NCBI GenBank assembly: GCA_965221105.1
Contig: OZ244871.1
Span: 114,453 to 178,452 of the forward strand
DNA length: 64,000 nucleotides
Direction of reading: 5' to 3'
From: Pseudomonadales bacterium
Lineage (GTDB): Bacteria; Pseudomonadota; Gammaproteobacteria; Pseudomonadales; GM7GCV1
Positions 20,369 to 33,837 of the stretch are shown in pieces. The notes under the pieces were generated by a model. The model was not told the origin of the DNA and made no database searches. It worked only from the letters and a program-made list of their open reading frames with translations. The number at the start of each line of letters is the position of its first letter. Within the stretch, counting starts at the first letter, position 1. The translations under genes were made by a program, and so were the position numbers.

Positions 20369-21032
20369 GACCCGCACCTCCGAGCCCCCCCCAGAACTGC
20401 TGGCCAGCAGCGAAGGTTCTGTTCTTGCCGATCGATTTCGGGGATTCCTGCCGGTTGCTCTCGATGTCGAGACCGGCGGCTTCCGGGCGGACACACACGC
20501 ATTGCTGGAACTTGCCGCAATCCCAATCCTGATGGACACTCAGGGACAGCTCTACCTCGAACACTGTTATTCAGCCGAAATCGAGCCCGTCGTGGGTTTG
20601 AAGGTCGAGGAAAGCGCACTGCAGTTCACTGGCATTGACCTGGACGACCCCCAGCGCGAGGCACTTCCGGAAAAAGAGGCACTTAAGCAGGTGTTTCAGC
20701 CTGTTCGCCAACTGGTGCGCGAGTACGACTGTACACGCGCAATCATAGTCGCGCATAATGCACATTTTGATCTCGGGTTCATCAACGCCGCCTGTGAGCG
20801 GCAGAACATTAAACGCAACCCCTTTCACCCGTTTTCCTGCTTTGATACAGCCACGCTCGCGGGTCTTGCCTACGGCCAGACAGTACTTGCGCGAGCCTGC
20901 ACTGCCGCGCAGATCTCCTTCAATGACGATAATGCTCACTCGGCGCGCTATGATGCAACCAAGACGGCTGAGCTTTTTTGTAAAATTGTCAATGCTTGGC
21001 CCTTCCGGCCAAACTGGCAACTGCACACTTGA
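20361..21032 (+). CDS. rnt: Ribonuclease T
   Basis: [33 protein letters not shown]. Confidence 0.96.
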   Translation: MSETRTSEPPPELLASSEGSVLADRFRGFLPVALDVETGGFRADTHALLELAAIPILMDTQGQLYLEHCYSAEIEPVVGLKVEESALQFTGIDLDDPQREALPEKEALKQVFQPVRQLVREYDCTRAIIVAHNAHFDLGFINAACERQNIKRNPFHPFSCFDTATLAGLAYGQTVLARACTAAQISFNDDNAHSARYDATKTAELFCKIVNAWPFRPNWQLHT

Positions 21033-21071
21033 AACCTGAACAACATACCACATCACAGGAACACAACAAGA

Positions 21072-23369
21072 ATGTCTGACTCGCTTGAAACGGCAGCACT
21101 CGAATACCACCGCAAACCAACCAGGGGAAAACTGTCCATCCAGCCGACCAAACCGCTCTCCAACCAGCGTGACCTGGCGTTGGCCTACTCCCCCGGTGTC
21201 GCGCACCCCTGCCACAAAATTGCCGAAGATCCTCAGGTTGCCGCGGAATATACATCCCGCGGCAACCTTGTCGGCGTTGTAACCAATGGAACTGCGGTTC
21301 TGGGGCTGGGCGCACTCGGTGCGCTTGCCGCGAAGCCGGTTATGGAGGGCAAGGCGGTACTGTTCAAAAAGTTCGCTGGAATTGATGTCTTTGATATCGA
21401 AGTTGACGAAACCGATATTGATCGTTTCGTGGACGCAGTAGCCGCCCTGGAGCCGACCTTTGGTGGCATCAATCTGGAAGACATCAAGGCACCGGAGTGC
21501 TTTTTTATCGAGAAAAAACTCCGTGAACGAATGAATATACCGGTCTTTCATGACGATCAGCACGGAACTGCCATATGTTCAGCGGCAGCCGTATACAACG
21601 GTCTGCGTATTGTTGACAAGAAGATCGAAAATGCTCAACTGGTGGTATCCGGTGGAGGCGCGGCCAGTATTGCCTGTACCGACCTCCTGGTCAGCATGGG
21701 ACTCAAACGCGAAAACGTGCTTATGATCGACAGTCGCGGTGTCATCTACGCTGGCCGCGAGCAGGGCATGAACGAGTGGAAAGCAGGCTATGCTGCTGCA
21801 ACCGACGCCCGCACTCTGGATGATGCCATAGTGGATGCTGATATCTTCATGGGCCTGTCGGGTCCCGGTGTTCTGACCCCGGACATGTGTAAAAAAATGG
21901 CCCGCGATCCACTGATCCTGGCCATGGCCAACCCCGTCCCGGAAATTATGCCCGAACTCGCCAAGGAGGCCAGACCCGACGCAATTATCGCAACCGGGCG
22001 GTCCGACTACCCCAACCAGGTCAACAACGTCCTCTGCTTTCCGTTCATATTTCGGGGTGCACTGGATTGCGGGGCCACTACCATCAACGAAGCCATGAAA
22101 CTGGCCTGCGTCCGAGCCATTGCCGATCTCGCGCACCAGGAAGCCAGCGAAGCTGTCGCTCGCGCCTATGTCGGTGAAAGACTCGAATTTGGCCCGGAGT
22201 ACCTGATTCCCAAACCCTTTGATCCGCGGCTCATTGAGCAGGTGCCGTTAGCTGTTGTCGAGGCGGCCATGGAGAGTGGAGTTGCCTCACGGCCCATTAC
22301 GGATCTCGAGGACTATGCACAGCAACTGAAAAGTCACAATCATCGCAGCCGTATTTTCATGCAGGCTGTCATTGAATTTGCACAATCCCACCCCGCCCGG
22401 GTCGCGTTTTCCGAAGGCGAAAACAGCGATGTGCTGCGTGCGCTGCAAATGGTCATTGACGAAGGCGTCGCCCGGCCGGTCATTATTGGTCGACGCACGG
22501 AGGTACATCGAAAAATTGAGAAGCTGAATCTTCGGTACGAAGAAGGTCGTGACTTTGATTTGGTCGACCCGGAGAACAACGACAACTACGCCAAGCACTG
22601 GAAGTACTACCACGAACAGGTCGGCCGCTTCGGTGTTTCTGTAGAATCAGCGCAAAAAATTGTTCGTTCAAACAATACCGCACTGGCCGCCACCATGGTC
22701 GCTCTGAATGATGTGGATGCGATTCTGTGCGGCAAGGCCGGTCGCTACGATCTGCACCTGCGCAACGTTGCCGCTCCTTTGGGCTACACACTGGCAGACA
22801 AGGTACGGATGTCAGCTGTCTGTGCGCTCCTGCACTCGGATGGACCGCTGTTTCTCACCGATCCCTTTGTGCATGTTGATCCCTCTGCAGAACAGGTTGT
22901 TACCAACGCTGAAAACGCTATCGACTTCGCTCGCAAGTTCGACATTGAACCAAAAGTCGCCCTGGTATCGCACTCGAACTTCGGTTCCTACGAAGATCCT
23001 TCCGCAAAGAAAATGAAGCAGGCGTCGGAAATTTTGCGGGAAAAACACCCTGATATCGAGATAGACGGCGAAATGGTGGCCTTTTCCGCCCTGAATGGAG
23101 ACTTCAGAGATACCATAATGCCCCAGGCGAACCTGACCGGACGGGCAAATGTCCTGGTCATGCCCAACATGGATTGCGCAAGCATCGCGCTGGGCATGAT
23201 TCGCTCACTGACCGCAGCGCGACTGATCGGTCCCTATCTCTATGGACTTGAGAGAAGTGCCCACATACTCATACCCAGCGTCTCGGCTCGGGGTATCTTT
23301 AACATGACCGCACTCTGCTCGGCAGACGCACAAAAAACAGGTATTTCCTCACCCGCTGATTCACGTTGA
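21072..23369 (+). CDS. maeB: NADP-dependent malic enzyme with PTA domain
   Basis: [42 protein letters not shown]; C-terminal PTA-like domain. Confidence 0.96.
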   Translation: MSDSLETAALEYHRKPTRGKLSIQPTKPLSNQRDLALAYSPGVAHPCHKIAEDPQVAAEYTSRGNLVGVVTNGTAVLGLGALGALAAKPVMEGKAVLFKKFAGIDVFDIEVDETDIDRFVDAVAALEPTFGGINLEDIKAPECFFIEKKLRERMNIPVFHDDQHGTAICSAAAVYNGLRIVDKKIENAQLVVSGGGAASIACTDLLVSMGLKRENVLMIDSRGVIYAGREQGMNEWKAGYAAATDARTLDDAIVDADIFMGLSGPGVLTPDMCKKMARDPLILAMANPVPEIMPELAKEARPDAIIATGRSDYPNQVNNVLCFPFIFRGALDCGATTINEAMKLACVRAIADLAHQEASEAVARAYVGERLEFGPEYLIPKPFDPRLIEQVPLAVVEAAMESGVASRPITDLEDYAQQLKSHNHRSRIFMQAVIEFAQSHPARVAFSEGENSDVLRALQMVIDEGVARPVIIGRRTEVHRKIEKLNLRYEEGRDFDLVDPENNDNYAKHWKYYHEQVGRFGVSVESAQKIVRSNNTALAATMVALNDVDAILCGKAGRYDLHLRNVAAPLGYTLADKVRMSAVCALLHSDGPLFLTDPFVHVDPSAEQVVTNAENAIDFARKFDIEPKVALVSHSNFGSYEDPSAKKMKQASEILREKHPDIEIDGEMVAFSALNGDFRDTIMPQANLTGRANVLVMPNMDCASIALGMIRSLTAARLIGPYLYGLERSAHILIPSVSARGIFNMTALCSADAQKTGISSPADSR

Positions 23370-23455
23370 GTACGGTGCGGGGATTTCTCTGCCCACCTTA
23401 TCCATTCTCCGCATTCAATGAATGAACGCCCGGCTTCACAACGCACACTACTCAA

Positions 23456-26284
23456 ATGCAAGAAATTCAGATTCGTGGCGCGCGTACCCACAATTTAAAG
23501 AATATCGACCTGAATATTCCCCGCGACAAATTGGTCGTCATCACAGGCTTGTCGGGGTCTGGAAAATCTTCGCTTGCATTTGACACCCTGTATGCCGAAG
23601 GTCAGCGTCGATATGTCGAGTCGCTTTCGGCATATGCACGCCAGTTTCTGGCTATCATGGACAAGCCGGATGTCGACAGTATCGAGGGACTGTCTCCAGC
23701 CATCTCCATTGAGCAGAAGTCAACCTCCCACAACCCAAGGTCTACGGTAGGAACGGTTACCGAGATATATGACTATCTGCGCCTGCTGTACGCACGTATT
23801 GGTGATCCGCGCTGCCCCCGGCACGATCAATCTCTCGCCGCGCAGACAGTGAGCGAAATGGTCGATATGGTTATGGAAGCTGCTGCGGAGACACGGATTC
23901 AGATCCTGGCACCCATGGTTCGGAATCGCAAGGGCGAACACAGCCACATGTTTTCGCAGTTGAGGGCCGATGGCTTTGTCCGGGTACGAATCGATGGCCT
24001 GGTTGCTGATCTGGATGATCTGCCAGAGATCAACAAAAACCAGAATCACCAGATTGAGGTAGTCGTCGATCGGCTCAAAATTCGCCCCGGAATCGAACAG
24101 CGGGTCGCCGACTCTCTGGAAACGGCCTTGGGTTTGACCGACGGCCTGGCCCTGCTGGATAACCTGGATGACCCGGATGCGGGGAAGCTTTTTTCCGCAC
24201 GATTTGCCTGCCCGCTCTGTGACTACAGCCTCAACGAGCTTGAGCCGCGCCTGTTTTCGTTCAATAACCCCGCCGGGGCCTGCCCAAGCTGCGACGGGCT
24301 GGGCATCAGGCAGTTCTTTGATCAGACAAAAATCATCCAGTATCCAGAGATCAGCCTGGCGGATGGTGCAATTCGTGGCTGGGATCGACGCAACTTCTAC
24401 TACTATCAGATGCTCCTCTCTCTGGCTGACCACTACGGTTTCGACATGGAGGCACCCTTTGAAGACCTGGCAGAGAGCAGCCGGGACGCTATTATGATGG
24501 GCTCCGGCGATGATGTCATTGAGTTTAGCTACGTCAATGACAGGGGCGACACCTATGTACGACGCCACCCGTTTGAAGGTATTGTGCGCAATTTCGAACG
24601 TCGCTACCGGGACACCGAATCGCAATCCGTACGCGACGAGCTCAGCAAGTTTCTGACCACCCGGGACTGCGAGGACTGCGGCGGCAGTCGCCTGCGTGAG
24701 GAGTCCAGGAACGTCTATGTGGATGAACACCCACTCCACGAAATAACGGCCAAGACGGTGCGGGATGCTGTCAGCTACTATTCACAACTTGAGCTCAGCG
24801 GCATTCAGGCAGAAATCGGCGAAAAGATACTCAAGGAGATCCGCGAACGTCTGCACTTCCTGTCCGATGTGGGGCTTGGCTACCTCAACCTCAATCGCAG
24901 CGCGGACACGCTGTCAGGCGGCGAAGCACAGCGCATCCGACTCGCAAGCCAGATTGGCGCGGGACTGGTCGGAGTTATGTATGTTCTGGATGAACCTTCC
25001 ATTGGGCTCCATCAGCGTGACAACGCCCGGCTTCTCTCAACACTCATGCGCCTGCGCGACCTGGGCAACTCCGTCCTGGTCGTCGAGCACGACGAAGAAG
25101 CCATCCGCACAGCTGACCAGATCATCGACCTGGGCCCCGCGGCTGGCCTGCATGGTGGAGAGATTGTCTGCCAGGGCGATGCTCAAACCATCGCCGGGTG
25201 CACAGAATCCCTTACTGGAGATTACCTGTCGGGACGCAAGTCCATTGCGGTCCCCAGCCAGCGACTCAAGCCCGCTGAAGGTCAATGGTTGCGCATTAAG
25301 GGTGCCAGCGGCAACAACCTCAAAAATGTTGAACTTCAGGTGCCCAAGGGGCTGATGACCTGCGTCACCGGCGTCTCAGGATCCGGCAAATCCACGCTGA
25401 TCAACGATACTCTCTATCCCCTGGCGGCCACTGCCCTCAACAAGGCATCGACCCTCAACCCGGCACACCACACTTCCGTGGAAGGACTGGATCTGTTCAT
25501 CAACTGTGTGGATATCGACCAGAGCCCAATTGGCAGAACACCCCGCTCAAATCCGGCTACCTATACAGGCCTGTTTACTCATATTCGCGACCTGTTTGCA
25601 GGCACCGAGGAGTCTCGAGCTCGTGGCTACAAACCGGGGCGATTCAGCTTCAATGTCAAAGGTGGACGCTGTGAAGCCTGCCAGGGAGATGGTCTGATCA
25701 AGGTGGAGATGCATTTCCTGCCCGATGTCTATGTCCTGTGCGAGCACTGCACCGGTCAGCGCTACAACCGGGAGACTCTGGAAGTACAGTACAAGGGGCG
25801 CACCATCCATGAAGTGCTGGAAATGACGGTTGAGGTTGCGCTGGATTTTTTTGACGCAGTGCCTCCCATCAAGCGTCGTCTGGATACCCTGATGTCAGTG
25901 GGGCTTTCCTATATCAGACTTGGTCAGCCGGCGACCACTCTATCAGGAGGTGAAGCCCAGCGCGTCAAACTCTCTCGCGAACTGGCCAAGCGCAATACCG
26001 GCTCAACTCTCTATATACTGGATGAACCTACTACAGGGCTGCATTTTCACGACATCAAACAGCTCCTTGATGTTCTCCATCAACTGAGGGACGACGGCAA
26101 CACCCTGGTTGTCATAGAACACAATCTCGATGTCATCAAGACAGCCGACTGGATTATTGACCTGGGTCCGGAAGGTGGATCTGAGGGTGGCGAAATCATT
26201 GCAACTGGAACCCCTGAGCACGTAGCCGGGGTGAAGTCTTCACATACCGGAAGTTTTCTCAAGCCCTTGCTGAAAGACGCCTGA
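23456..26284 (+). CDS. uvrA: Excinuclease ABC subunit A
   Basis: [14 protein letters not shown], two LSGGEAQR signatures, zinc fingers. Confidence 0.99.
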   Translation: MQEIQIRGARTHNLKNIDLNIPRDKLVVITGLSGSGKSSLAFDTLYAEGQRRYVESLSAYARQFLAIMDKPDVDSIEGLSPAISIEQKSTSHNPRSTVGTVTEIYDYLRLLYARIGDPRCPRHDQSLAAQTVSEMVDMVMEAAAETRIQILAPMVRNRKGEHSHMFSQLRADGFVRVRIDGLVADLDDLPEINKNQNHQIEVVVDRLKIRPGIEQRVADSLETALGLTDGLALLDNLDDPDAGKLFSARFACPLCDYSLNELEPRLFSFNNPAGACPSCDGLGIRQFFDQTKIIQYPEISLADGAIRGWDRRNFYYYQMLLSLADHYGFDMEAPFEDLAESSRDAIMMGSGDDVIEFSYVNDRGDTYVRRHPFEGIVRNFERRYRDTESQSVRDELSKFLTTRDCEDCGGSRLREESRNVYVDEHPLHEITAKTVRDAVSYYSQLELSGIQAEIGEKILKEIRERLHFLSDVGLGYLNLNRSADTLSGGEAQRIRLASQIGAGLVGVMYVLDEPSIGLHQRDNARLLSTLMRLRDLGNSVLVVEHDEEAIRTADQIIDLGPAAGLHGGEIVCQGDAQTIAGCTESLTGDYLSGRKSIAVPSQRLKPAEGQWLRIKGASGNNLKNVELQVPKGLMTCVTGVSGSGKSTLINDTLYPLAATALNKASTLNPAHHTSVEGLDLFINCVDIDQSPIGRTPRSNPATYTGLFTHIRDLFAGTEESRARGYKPGRFSFNVKGGRCEACQGDGLIKVEMHFLPDVYVLCEHCTGQRYNRETLEVQYKGRTIHEVLEMTVEVALDFFDAVPPIKRRLDTLMSVGLSYIRLGQPATTLSGGEAQRVKLSRELAKRNTGSTLYILDEPTTGLHFHDIKQLLDVLHQLRDDGNTLVVIEHNLDVIKTADWIIDLGPEGGSEGGEIIATGTPEHVAGVKSSHTGSFLKPLLKDA

Positions 26285-26409
26285 GCGCACCAGCACATGA
26301 GAAGGGCTGCACACGCGGCTTTCCTTGTACAGCGCCAATTGATACCAGGGGGGCCTCCTGCGCAAGAAAAGTCCTTCTGCTTCCCCAACCTCAGGCCCCT
26401 CGACAGCCG

Positions 26410-26470
26410 GGCGATCCTGCCATCCTGTGGCTGCTTGACGAACTCAACCGGACCGGCAGGGTCTTCTCCA
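26410..26470 (+). mobile_element. Short transposase C-terminal relic
   Basis: GDPAILWLLDELNRTGRVFSR; 26443-26464 is 20/22 identical to the reverse complement of 46051-46072. Confidence 0.55.
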
Positions 26471-26639
26471 GACCGAATGCACAACCCAAGACAGGTGCAT
26501 GGCATCCGAATCGGGGGCAGCACCTCTGAAATCTACAGATCTACGTGGCATAAAAAACTATGAGTCACTCCGATCCCATATTTTCTAGACAAATCGCGCT
26601 ACACGACTACAATCGCCTTTCCGCCACTGAGGCTACTGA

Positions 26640-27158
26640 ATGCCCACTCTTCCGCTCAAACCCGCACAGCAAAACTCATACAGCGACGCTGAAATCCGCC
26701 ACAGCGAAACTGGCATCGTCTTCGGAGAGGGCCGTCCGCAATTACCTGTGCGAGAAATGCTGATGATCGATCGGATTATCGAAATCAACAGGGATGGTGG
26801 TTCCTACGGTAAAGGCCGGATGATCGCCGAAATGGATATCAACCCGGAACTGTGGTTTTTCAAGGTTCACTTCCCCGGGGACGCTGTCATGCCTGGTTGC
26901 CTTGGTTTGGACGCAATGTGGCAAATGGTCGGTTTCTATCTCGGCTGGCTCGGCCATCCTGGACGAGGGCGAGCCCTGGGTGTAGGCGAGGTCAAATTTA
27001 CCGGTCAGGTCATGCCCGACGCTCAAAAAATTCGATACACAATTGATTACTCCAGAGTTGTCGCGCGAACTCTGGTCATGGGCATTGCCGATGGTGAGCT
27101 GGCATGTGACGGGAAACCGATCTACATGGCCAAGAATCTCAAAGTCGGATTGTTCTAG
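26640..27158 (+). CDS. fabA: 3-hydroxydecanoyl-ACP dehydratase/isomerase
   Basis: [43 protein letters not shown]. Confidence 0.96.
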   Translation: MPTLPLKPAQQNSYSDAEIRHSETGIVFGEGRPQLPVREMLMIDRIIEINRDGGSYGKGRMIAEMDINPELWFFKVHFPGDAVMPGCLGLDAMWQMVGFYLGWLGHPGRGRALGVGEVKFTGQVMPDAQKIRYTIDYSRVVARTLVMGIADGELACDGKPIYMAKNLKVGLF

Positions 27159-27236
27159 CCAACGCTGGGCACATCGCATTCAAAAGCCGCAATTTAGAGT
27201 TAAAATAAACGCCAGTCTGATAATCGCAGGACTCCT

Positions 27237-28448
27237 ATGAGAAGAGTTGTAATCACTGGGTTAGGTATTGTTTCCTGTTTGGGTAACGACACGAAAACGG
27301 TGGCGGAATCCTTGCGCGAAGGCACTTCTGGGATAACCCATAACGAAGAATTCTCAGAGATGGGATTCCGCAGCCAGGTCAGCGGCAAAATCGATATAGA
27401 TGTACAGGCCCGAATAGATCGCAAAGCGCTGCGATTTATGGGCGATGCTGCGGCATTTGGCTATATCTCCATGGATCAGGCGATTCAGGATTCAGGTCTC
27501 TCGGAAGGGGAAGTATCCAACGAACGGACCGGGCTGATCATGGGTTCGGGCGGCACCTCCTGTGCCAGCCAATTGGAATGTGCAGATATTATCCGGACTC
27601 GCGGTGTGAAGCGGGCAGGTCCGTACAGGGTCACCCAGATCATGGGCAGCACGGTATCAGCCTGTCTGGCGACGCCTTTCAAAATCAAGGGCTACAACTA
27701 CTCCATGACCTCGGCCTGTGCCACCAGTTCCCATTGCATAGGAAACGCTGTAGAACTCATCCAGTGGGGCAAACAGGATATTGTCTTCGCTGGCGGTGGT
27801 GAGGAACTGCACTGGAATATGGCTGGTGCCTTCGATGCCATGGGGGCCCTGTCGTCCAAATACAACGAAGCGCCGGCCACCGCATCCCGGCCCTATGACG
27901 CCAACCGCGACGGCTTTGTAATATCGCTCGGCGCTGGTTGTGTTGTCCTTGAGGAATATGAACATGCCAGGGCACGCGGTGCCAAGATGTATGCTGAAGT
28001 AGTTGGTTACGGTGCTACATCGGATGGATACGATATGGTTGCACCTTCTGGAGAGGGGGCACAGCGCTGCATGCGCATGGCGCTCCAGGATGTCGAGGGA
28101 TCCATTGATTACGTGAATACCCACGGTACCAGCACTCCGGCTGGCGATATCACCGAACTGGAAGGCATTCAGGCCCTGCTCGGTGACAACATGCCAGCCG
28201 TAGCCTCAACCAAATCCCTCTCTGGCCACTCGCTCGGCGCTGCCGGCGTTCACGAGGCCATATTCTCATTGATTATGATGGAAGAAGGTTTCATCGCTGC
28301 ATCAGCCAATATAGAAACTTTGGACCCGGGTGCAGAGGGTGTGCCCCTGGTGCGTGAACTTCAGGAACATGCTGACCTTCAACAGATCATGTCGAACAGC
28401 TTTGGTTTTGGCGGCACGAATGCCTGCCTGATTTTCCGGAAAGTCTGA
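27237..28448 (+). CDS. fabB: Beta-ketoacyl-ACP synthase I
   Basis: [40 protein letters not shown]. Confidence 0.97.
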   Translation: MRRVVITGLGIVSCLGNDTKTVAESLREGTSGITHNEEFSEMGFRSQVSGKIDIDVQARIDRKALRFMGDAAAFGYISMDQAIQDSGLSEGEVSNERTGLIMGSGGTSCASQLECADIIRTRGVKRAGPYRVTQIMGSTVSACLATPFKIKGYNYSMTSACATSSHCIGNAVELIQWGKQDIVFAGGGEELHWNMAGAFDAMGALSSKYNEAPATASRPYDANRDGFVISLGAGCVVLEEYEHARARGAKMYAEVVGYGATSDGYDMVAPSGEGAQRCMRMALQDVEGSIDYVNTHGTSTPAGDITELEGIQALLGDNMPAVASTKSLSGHSLGAAGVHEAIFSLIMMEEGFIAASANIETLDPGAEGVPLVRELQEHADLQQIMSNSFGFGGTNACLIFRKV

Positions 28449-28597
28449 GCCATTCAGGCTGAATACTGCGGCGCATAAAAAACCCACTCTTCAGGACTCC
28501 CTGTGTGGCCCCCCTGAACATTTCAGACTTCTCGAATGCGCCAGGACACCCTGCTGATCTGGCCCGAAGTGCAGGGACTTGTTGGGGCAGGCACTTG

Positions 28598-29089
28598 TCA
28601 AAACGGGATATCGTCGTCGAAGTCATCAAATGAAGGTGCACCCTGCTGCTGGGCAGGTTCCGGAACAGCAGCACTCGCGGTGCCCATGGCGGCTCCGGAG
28701 GCCATAGCTCCACCTCCGGATGAGTCGGCACCCTGACCAGCGCCCCCTCCACGGGAATCGAGCATCTGCATTTCATTGGCAACAATTTCAGTGGTATAGC
28801 GGTCAGCGCCACTTTTATCCTGCCACTTGCGTGTCTGCAATCGACCTTCTACATAGATCTTGGAGCCTTTCTTCACATACTCTCCAACGATTTCGGCCAG
28901 GCGGTTGTAAAACACCACGCGGTGCCACTCTGTCCGTTCCTGCTGCTCGCCGCTGTTCTTGTCCTTCCAGCTCTCGGAAGTAGCCAGGCTGACATTTGTG
29001 ACAGCGTCACCACTTGGAAAAAATCTTGTCTCTGGATCCTGCCCGCAGTTGCCAACAAGAATTACTTTGTTCACGCCCCGTTGAGCCAT
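28598..29089 (-). CDS. ssb: Single-stranded DNA-binding protein
   Basis: [22 protein letters not shown]-terminal DDDIPF; GGAGG RBS. Confidence 0.98.
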   Translation of the reverse strand: MAQRGVNKVILVGNCGQDPETRFFPSGDAVTNVSLATSESWKDKNSGEQQERTEWHRVVFYNRLAEIVGEYVKKGSKIYVEGRLQTRKWQDKSGADRYTTEIVANEMQMLDSRGGGAGQGADSSGGGAMASGAAMGTASAAVPEPAQQQGAPSFDDFDDDIPF

Positions 29090-29153
29090 GATACCTCCAT
29101 TCCGAATATTTGCTTCAGGCGCCGTGCGCACCGAACCATGGACTATAGCAGAA

Positions 29154-30362
29154 TCAGTCCTCAATCCGGCAGTCTTTCCCACTTTGCCGATTTTCAGGCA
29201 GTCCGGTGTACGACCAGCCAAGCCCCCTCGCAGGCAATACAGCGGCACACCAGACCAATGAAAGAGCCGCTGAAAGGTAAAACAGGGATTGTGTACCATA
29301 CCAGGACAGCACCAGGCCTCCAACTGCTCCACCGGCGAAGACTCCAAGAAACTGACAGCTTGAATAGAGACCGGCAGCCGCTCCCTCGCTGCCAGGTACT
29401 GCACTCTTGGTCAGCGTGCTCGGCAGGGTAGCCTCAAGAAGATTGAACCCCCAGAAGAACAGGAGCAACCCAGATACGAAGAGTGCGCAGCTGTGCGTGT
29501 GACTCATAAGAAGCATTGATATACAACAGACCGCACCTGCGACAAGAATAGACTGTTTGGCCTGCCCCCGCCGGTCCCAGAAACGCATAAAAGGAGCCAT
29601 CAGGATAAACCCGCCACCAACAACAGACAGATACAGCACCCAATGTGTATCCAGTGGAATTCCCAGGTTTTCAATGAGGATATCCGGGACGGCCACCCAT
29701 ATGCACATTTGCATAAAGTGCAGTACAAAAATTCCCAGATCCAGGCGCAGCAGATTCGGAGATACCACGACCGGGTCTTTGGCAGGGACTGTCCGCCGGG
29801 GTGGTTCCCGTTCACTCAGAAGAAATACGATGACACAGGCGAGAAGTCCCAAAGTAATGCTGGCACCAAAAATGCCGCTGAGACCCCAGTAGGTGGCCAC
29901 CAGAGGCCCGAACACGATAGACATTCCAAAGGAAACCCCGATTGAAATACCGACCAATGCCATGGCCATTGTGCGGTTGCGTTCGTCAATATGATCGGCC
30001 ACCAGGGCAATCAGAACGGCAGAAACAGCCCCCGCCCCCTGTACAGCACGCCCCAGAATGAGCAGATCGACAGTTTCGGCCTGCGCGCACATCAGGCTGC
30101 CGATGACAAAGAGGATAAAGCCAAACATCAGCACGGGACGTCGACCATATTTATCCGAAAGCCAACCAAAGGGTATTTGCAGGCATGCCTGGGTCAAGCC
30201 ATAAACGCCCATCGCTACACCCAGTTTCACCGTGGTAGCCCCAGGGAGTTCTGCTCCATAGATACTCAGAACAGGAAGCACCATGAACAGCCCGAGCATC
30301 CTTATGAGATAGAGAAATGCGATTGAACCCAGGAATTTTTTTTCAGCCTGACTCAAAGCCAT
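29154..30362 (-). CDS. MFS transporter (YajR-like)
   Basis: [21 protein letters not shown] motif [11 protein letters not shown]; adjacent to ssb. Confidence 0.88.
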   Translation of the reverse strand: MALSQAEKKFLGSIAFLYLIRMLGLFMVLPVLSIYGAELPGATTVKLGVAMGVYGLTQACLQIPFGWLSDKYGRRPVLMFGFILFVIGSLMCAQAETVDLLILGRAVQGAGAVSAVLIALVADHIDERNRTMAMALVGISIGVSFGMSIVFGPLVATYWGLSGIFGASITLGLLACVIVFLLSEREPPRRTVPAKDPVVVSPNLLRLDLGIFVLHFMQMCIWVAVPDILIENLGIPLDTHWVLYLSVVGGGFILMAPFMRFWDRRGQAKQSILVAGAVCCISMLLMSHTHSCALFVSGLLLFFWGFNLLEATLPSTLTKSAVPGSEGAAAGLYSSCQFLGVFAGGAVGGLVLSWYGTQSLFYLSAALSLVWCAAVLPARGLGWSYTGLPENRQSGKDCRIED

Positions 30363-30476
30363 GGTGCAGGATCAACGTTCGAAAAAAGAGCGACTCAGGC
30401 TCATATTGGGGTTACCACAACCAGGTTATATCATCCGGAACTGCTGGCACATACAATAGCGACGGACACCAGGCAC

Positions 30477-30501
30477 AAAAAAAGCCGGGGCTCTGCCCGG
30501 C
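30477..30501 (-). terminator. Terminator of the alpha operon
   Basis: GCCGGG-N6-CCCGGC followed by T7 on the minus strand after rplQ. Confidence 0.75.
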
Positions 30502-30520
30502 CTTCTTCGCGTCGCCAACC

Positions 30521-30922
30521 CTAGTCTCCGGATACAGTTTCAACAGGCTCTGCTGCAGTACCGGTGGAACGATCCACAAGTTCAACGTAGGCCATTGGTG
30601 CGCCGTCCCCGGTGCGAGGCGCACATTTAAGAATGCGAATATACCCCCCGGGACGGGATGCGTACCTGGGGCCGAGCTCGGAAAACAGCTTACCCACAGC
30701 CTGCTTGTCACGCAGCCGGGCAAAGGCAATACGCCGATTGGCAGCACTATCTTCCTTTGCCAAGGTGATCAGGGGCTCGGCGTGGACACGCAGCTCCTTG
30801 GCCTTGGCAAGAGTGGTTTTAATCAACTCGTGACCGACCAGCGAGACACACATATTCTGGAACATGGCTTTGCGATGAGGAGAGGTACGGCTGAATTTTC
30901 GACCGCTGTAACGATGTCTCAT
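30521..30922 (-). CDS. rplQ: 50S ribosomal protein L17
   Basis: [24 protein letters not shown]. Confidence 0.98.
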   Translation of the reverse strand: MRHRYSGRKFSRTSPHRKAMFQNMCVSLVGHELIKTTLAKAKELRVHAEPLITLAKEDSAANRRIAFARLRDKQAVGKLFSELGPRYASRPGGYIRILKCAPRTGDGAPMAYVELVDRSTGTAAEPVETVSGD

Positions 30923-30952
30923 GGTGAGCAGTTCCTGTCTAAAAGTCGCCGA

Positions 30953-31945
30953 TCAGGCAACGCCTTCTTTCTTCAAGCTTGCGGGAGGCCAATTTTCCAG
31001 GCGCATTCCCAGGCTCAAATCCCGGCCTCCCAGAACATCTTTGATCTCCGTTAATGACTTTTTGCCCAGATTGGGCGTTTTCAGCAGTTCCACTTCGGTG
31101 CGCTGAACCAGATCACCAATGTAGTAGATGCTTTCCGCCTTGAGACAGTTGGCAGAGCGAACCGTCAGTTCGAGGTCATCCACCGATCGCAGCAGTACCG
31201 GGTCTACCAGTTCTTCAGGTGCCTGTGGCTGGGAAATAGCGCTGGCTTCCAAATCTACGAAAGCAATGAGTTGCTGTTGCAAAATGGTTGCTGAACGGCG
31301 AATTGATTCTTCGGGATCCAGGGTACCATCGGTCTCAAGGTCAAGAACCAGTTTGTCGAGGTCGGTGCGCTGCTCCACACGTGCAGATTCCACAGTGTAG
31401 GACACTCGTTTCACCGGGCTGAAGGTAGCATCAAGTTGCAACACGCCTATGGGCTTGGATTCCTCATCACCGGTCGTCCGCCCGTCGACTGGCTGATAGC
31501 CGCGACCAGTTGCAACCTTAAGCGTCATCGTCAGGGATGCACCCTCAGCAAGGTGTGCGATGACATGATCGGGATTGGCAATTTCCACATCATGATCAAT
31601 CTGAATATCTGCCGCAGTCACCACACCGCCGGTCGTGCTGAGTGTCAGGTAGGCTTCATCACGAGCATTCAGCGAGATCGCCACCCCCTTGAGGTTGAGC
31701 AGGATTTCAATAACATCCTCTTCCACACCTTCCAGCGCACTGTACTCGTGCTCCACGCCTTCAATCTGCACCTCGACGATGGCCGAACCCGGCATGGATG
31801 AGAGCAGGATTCGACGCAGTGCGTTTCCCAGGGTGTGACCAAATCCGCGCTCCAATGGCTCGAGCACAACTTTTGCACGCGTGGGACCCAGTTCTGAGAC
31901 ATCAATGTGCGAGGGAGTCAAAAATTCGTTGGCATTAATCTGCAT
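30953..31945 (-). CDS. rpoA: RNA polymerase alpha subunit
   Basis: [29 protein letters not shown]. Confidence 0.99.
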   Translation of the reverse strand: MQINANEFLTPSHIDVSELGPTRAKVVLEPLERGFGHTLGNALRRILLSSMPGSAIVEVQIEGVEHEYSALEGVEEDVIEILLNLKGVAISLNARDEAYLTLSTTGGVVTAADIQIDHDVEIANPDHVIAHLAEGASLTMTLKVATGRGYQPVDGRTTGDEESKPIGVLQLDATFSPVKRVSYTVESARVEQRTDLDKLVLDLETDGTLDPEESIRRSATILQQQLIAFVDLEASAISQPQAPEELVDPVLLRSVDDLELTVRSANCLKAESIYYIGDLVQRTEVELLKTPNLGKKSLTEIKDVLGGRDLSLGMRLENWPPASLKKEGVA

Positions 31946-32040
31946 TCTGCACCTGCGAAATAAAATCCTGGTTTATAGCTCTTTAAGCCTTTAAGTACGC
32001 GCATGTACCCCTGTCGTCTGAAGACTGAAGCACACTCCGA

Positions 32041-32664
32041 TCACTTGGAGTACAGTTCGATAATCAGGTTTTCGTTGATTTCAGCGGGCAACTCTTCCCT
32101 ATCTGGCAAGCGCGTATAGACGCCTTCCATCTTGGATGAATCAACCTGTACCCATGCAACTTCGCCCCGCTGGGCTGCCAGATTGAGAGCTGCCTGAATT
32201 CGCAACTGCCTGCGGCTCCTCTCACGAATTGACACCTGATTTCCGGGCTGAACCTGATAGGACGGAATATTCACCTTGTGACCATTGACCAGCACAGCGT
32301 TGTGAGAAACCAATTGACGGGCTTCACTTCGCGTTGAACCAAATCCCATGCGGTAGACAACATTGTCGAGCCGGGATTCAATAATCTGCAACAGGTTGTC
32401 ACCGGTGTTGCCCTTGCGACGCGCTGCAGCCCTGTAGTAGTTGCGAAACTGCTTTTCGAGAATACCGTACAAGCGGCGGACTTTCTGCTTCTCACGGAGT
32501 TGAACGCCGTAATCAGACAAGCGGCCACGACGTGCACCCTGGATGACTCCGGGCGGGTTTTCAGCCTTGCACTTGGATTCGAGCGGACGAATACCACTTT
32601 TGAGAAAAAGATCGGTACCTTCGCGACGGGCAAGTTTACATGTAGGTCCTGTATATCTGGCCAT
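32041..32664 (-). CDS. rpsD: 30S ribosomal protein S4
   Basis: [27 protein letters not shown]. Confidence 0.99.
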   Translation of the reverse strand: MARYTGPTCKLARREGTDLFLKSGIRPLESKCKAENPPGVIQGARRGRLSDYGVQLREKQKVRRLYGILEKQFRNYYRAAARRKGNTGDNLLQIIESRLDNVVYRMGFGSTRSEARQLVSHNAVLVNGHKVNIPSYQVQPGNQVSIRERSRRQLRIQAALNLAAQRGEVAWVQVDSSKMEGVYTRLPDREELPAEINENLIIELYSK

Positions 32665-32691
32665 CTATTCCTGAACTCCTGAATCCAAACG

Positions 32692-33084
32692 CTATACCCG
32701 ACGTTTTTTCGGCGGGCGGCACCCATTGTGGGGGACCGGCGTCACGTCGGTGATTTGGTTGATTTTGAAACCGCAGTTGTTCAAAGCCCGGACAGCTGAT
32801 TCTCGACCGGGACCTGGCCCCTTGACTTCAACGTCCAAGTTCTTCAAGCCGAACTCAAGTGCTGCAGTACCCGCGCGCTCGGCCGCCACCTGGGCAGCAA
32901 AGGGCGTACTCTTTCTCGACCCGCGAAATCCAGAGCCGCCCGCAGTGGCCCAACAGAGCGCATTACCCTGACGATCACTGATAGTCACGATGGTGTTGTT
33001 GAATGACGCATGGATATGCGCGATCCCATCGTGGATATTCTTTTTGACTTTCTTGCGTCCAGTCTTGCTACCGGATTGAGCCAT
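32692..33084 (-). CDS. rpsK: 30S ribosomal protein S11
   Basis: [28 protein letters not shown]. Confidence 0.99.
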   Translation of the reverse strand: MAQSGSKTGRKKVKKNIHDGIAHIHASFNNTIVTISDRQGNALCWATAGGSGFRGSRKSTPFAAQVAAERAGTAALEFGLKNLDVEVKGPGPGRESAVRALNNCGFKINQITDVTPVPHNGCRPPKKRRV

Positions 33085-33124
33085 GAATCCTCACCTGTTT
33101 TACTTCTCTTTGAGTCATTGCGGA

Positions 33125-33481
33125 CTAGCGCTTGATGGGCTTGCGTGGCCCTTTGCGGGTGCGCGCATTGGTTTTGGTTCGCTGACCGCGCAGCGGTAAT
33201 CCGCGGCGGTGGCGGATTCCCCTGTATGCGCCTAAATCCATAAGGCGCTTAATGTTCATGGATACTTCTCGTCGGAGATCACCTTCCACGGTCAATTTGG
33301 TAATTTCGGCACGAATCCCATCAAGCTCGGTGTCGTCCAGATCAGCGATTTTGGTACTTTCCTCGATACCCGCAGCTGCACAGATTTTCTTCGCTGCATT
33401 TTTTCCAATTCCATAGATATGCGTCAGCGAAATGACCGCGTGCTTCTGGTCCGGGATGTTGACACCCGCTATACGAGCCAT
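33125..33481 (-). CDS. rpsM: 30S ribosomal protein S13
   Basis: [24 protein letters not shown]. Confidence 0.99.
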   Translation of the reverse strand: MARIAGVNIPDQKHAVISLTHIYGIGKNAAKKICAAAGIEESTKIADLDDTELDGIRAEITKLTVEGDLRREVSMNIKRLMDLGAYRGIRHRRGLPLRGQRTKTNARTRKGPRKPIKR

Positions 33482-33583
33482 TCTATTCTCTCCAAAAAAG
33501 GGATCGGTCAGTGACTTACACCTAGCCAATCCGAAACCACACCGCTTTTTGAAAGCACGGCAGACCGGATAAAAAAGGCGCGT

Positions 33584-33612
33584 AGGATACTTACAACTGC
33601 CAATACAATCAA
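33584..33612 (-). promoter_or_regulatory. Putative sigma70 promoter of the alpha operon
   Basis: TTGATT-17-TATCCT followed by GC-rich ACGCGCC upstream of rpsM. Confidence 0.6.
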
Positions 33613-33643
33613 TCTCTTATCAAGCACAGGCGACGGGTAAACA

Positions 33644-33760
33644 CTAGCCTTGTCGCTGCTTGTGACGAGGTTCTGCACTGCAGATCACACGCACGGTGCC
33701 CTTACGCTTGATCACCTTGCAATTGCGGCACATCTTTTTCACAGAAGCTCTCACTTTCAT
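33644..33760 (-). CDS. rpmJ: 50S ribosomal protein L36 (Zn-binding type)
   Basis: [38 protein letters not shown]; read manually, not in ORF track. Confidence 0.97.
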   Translation of the reverse strand: MKVRASVKKMCRNCKVIKRKGTVRVICSAEPRHKQRQG

Positions 33761-33837
33761 TTCAATTTCCTCACTGCGATTGCCTGCACTGCAGCGAGCA
33801 GCCTCGAATCCTGCGGCCGATCACTGAACGCCGGTTT

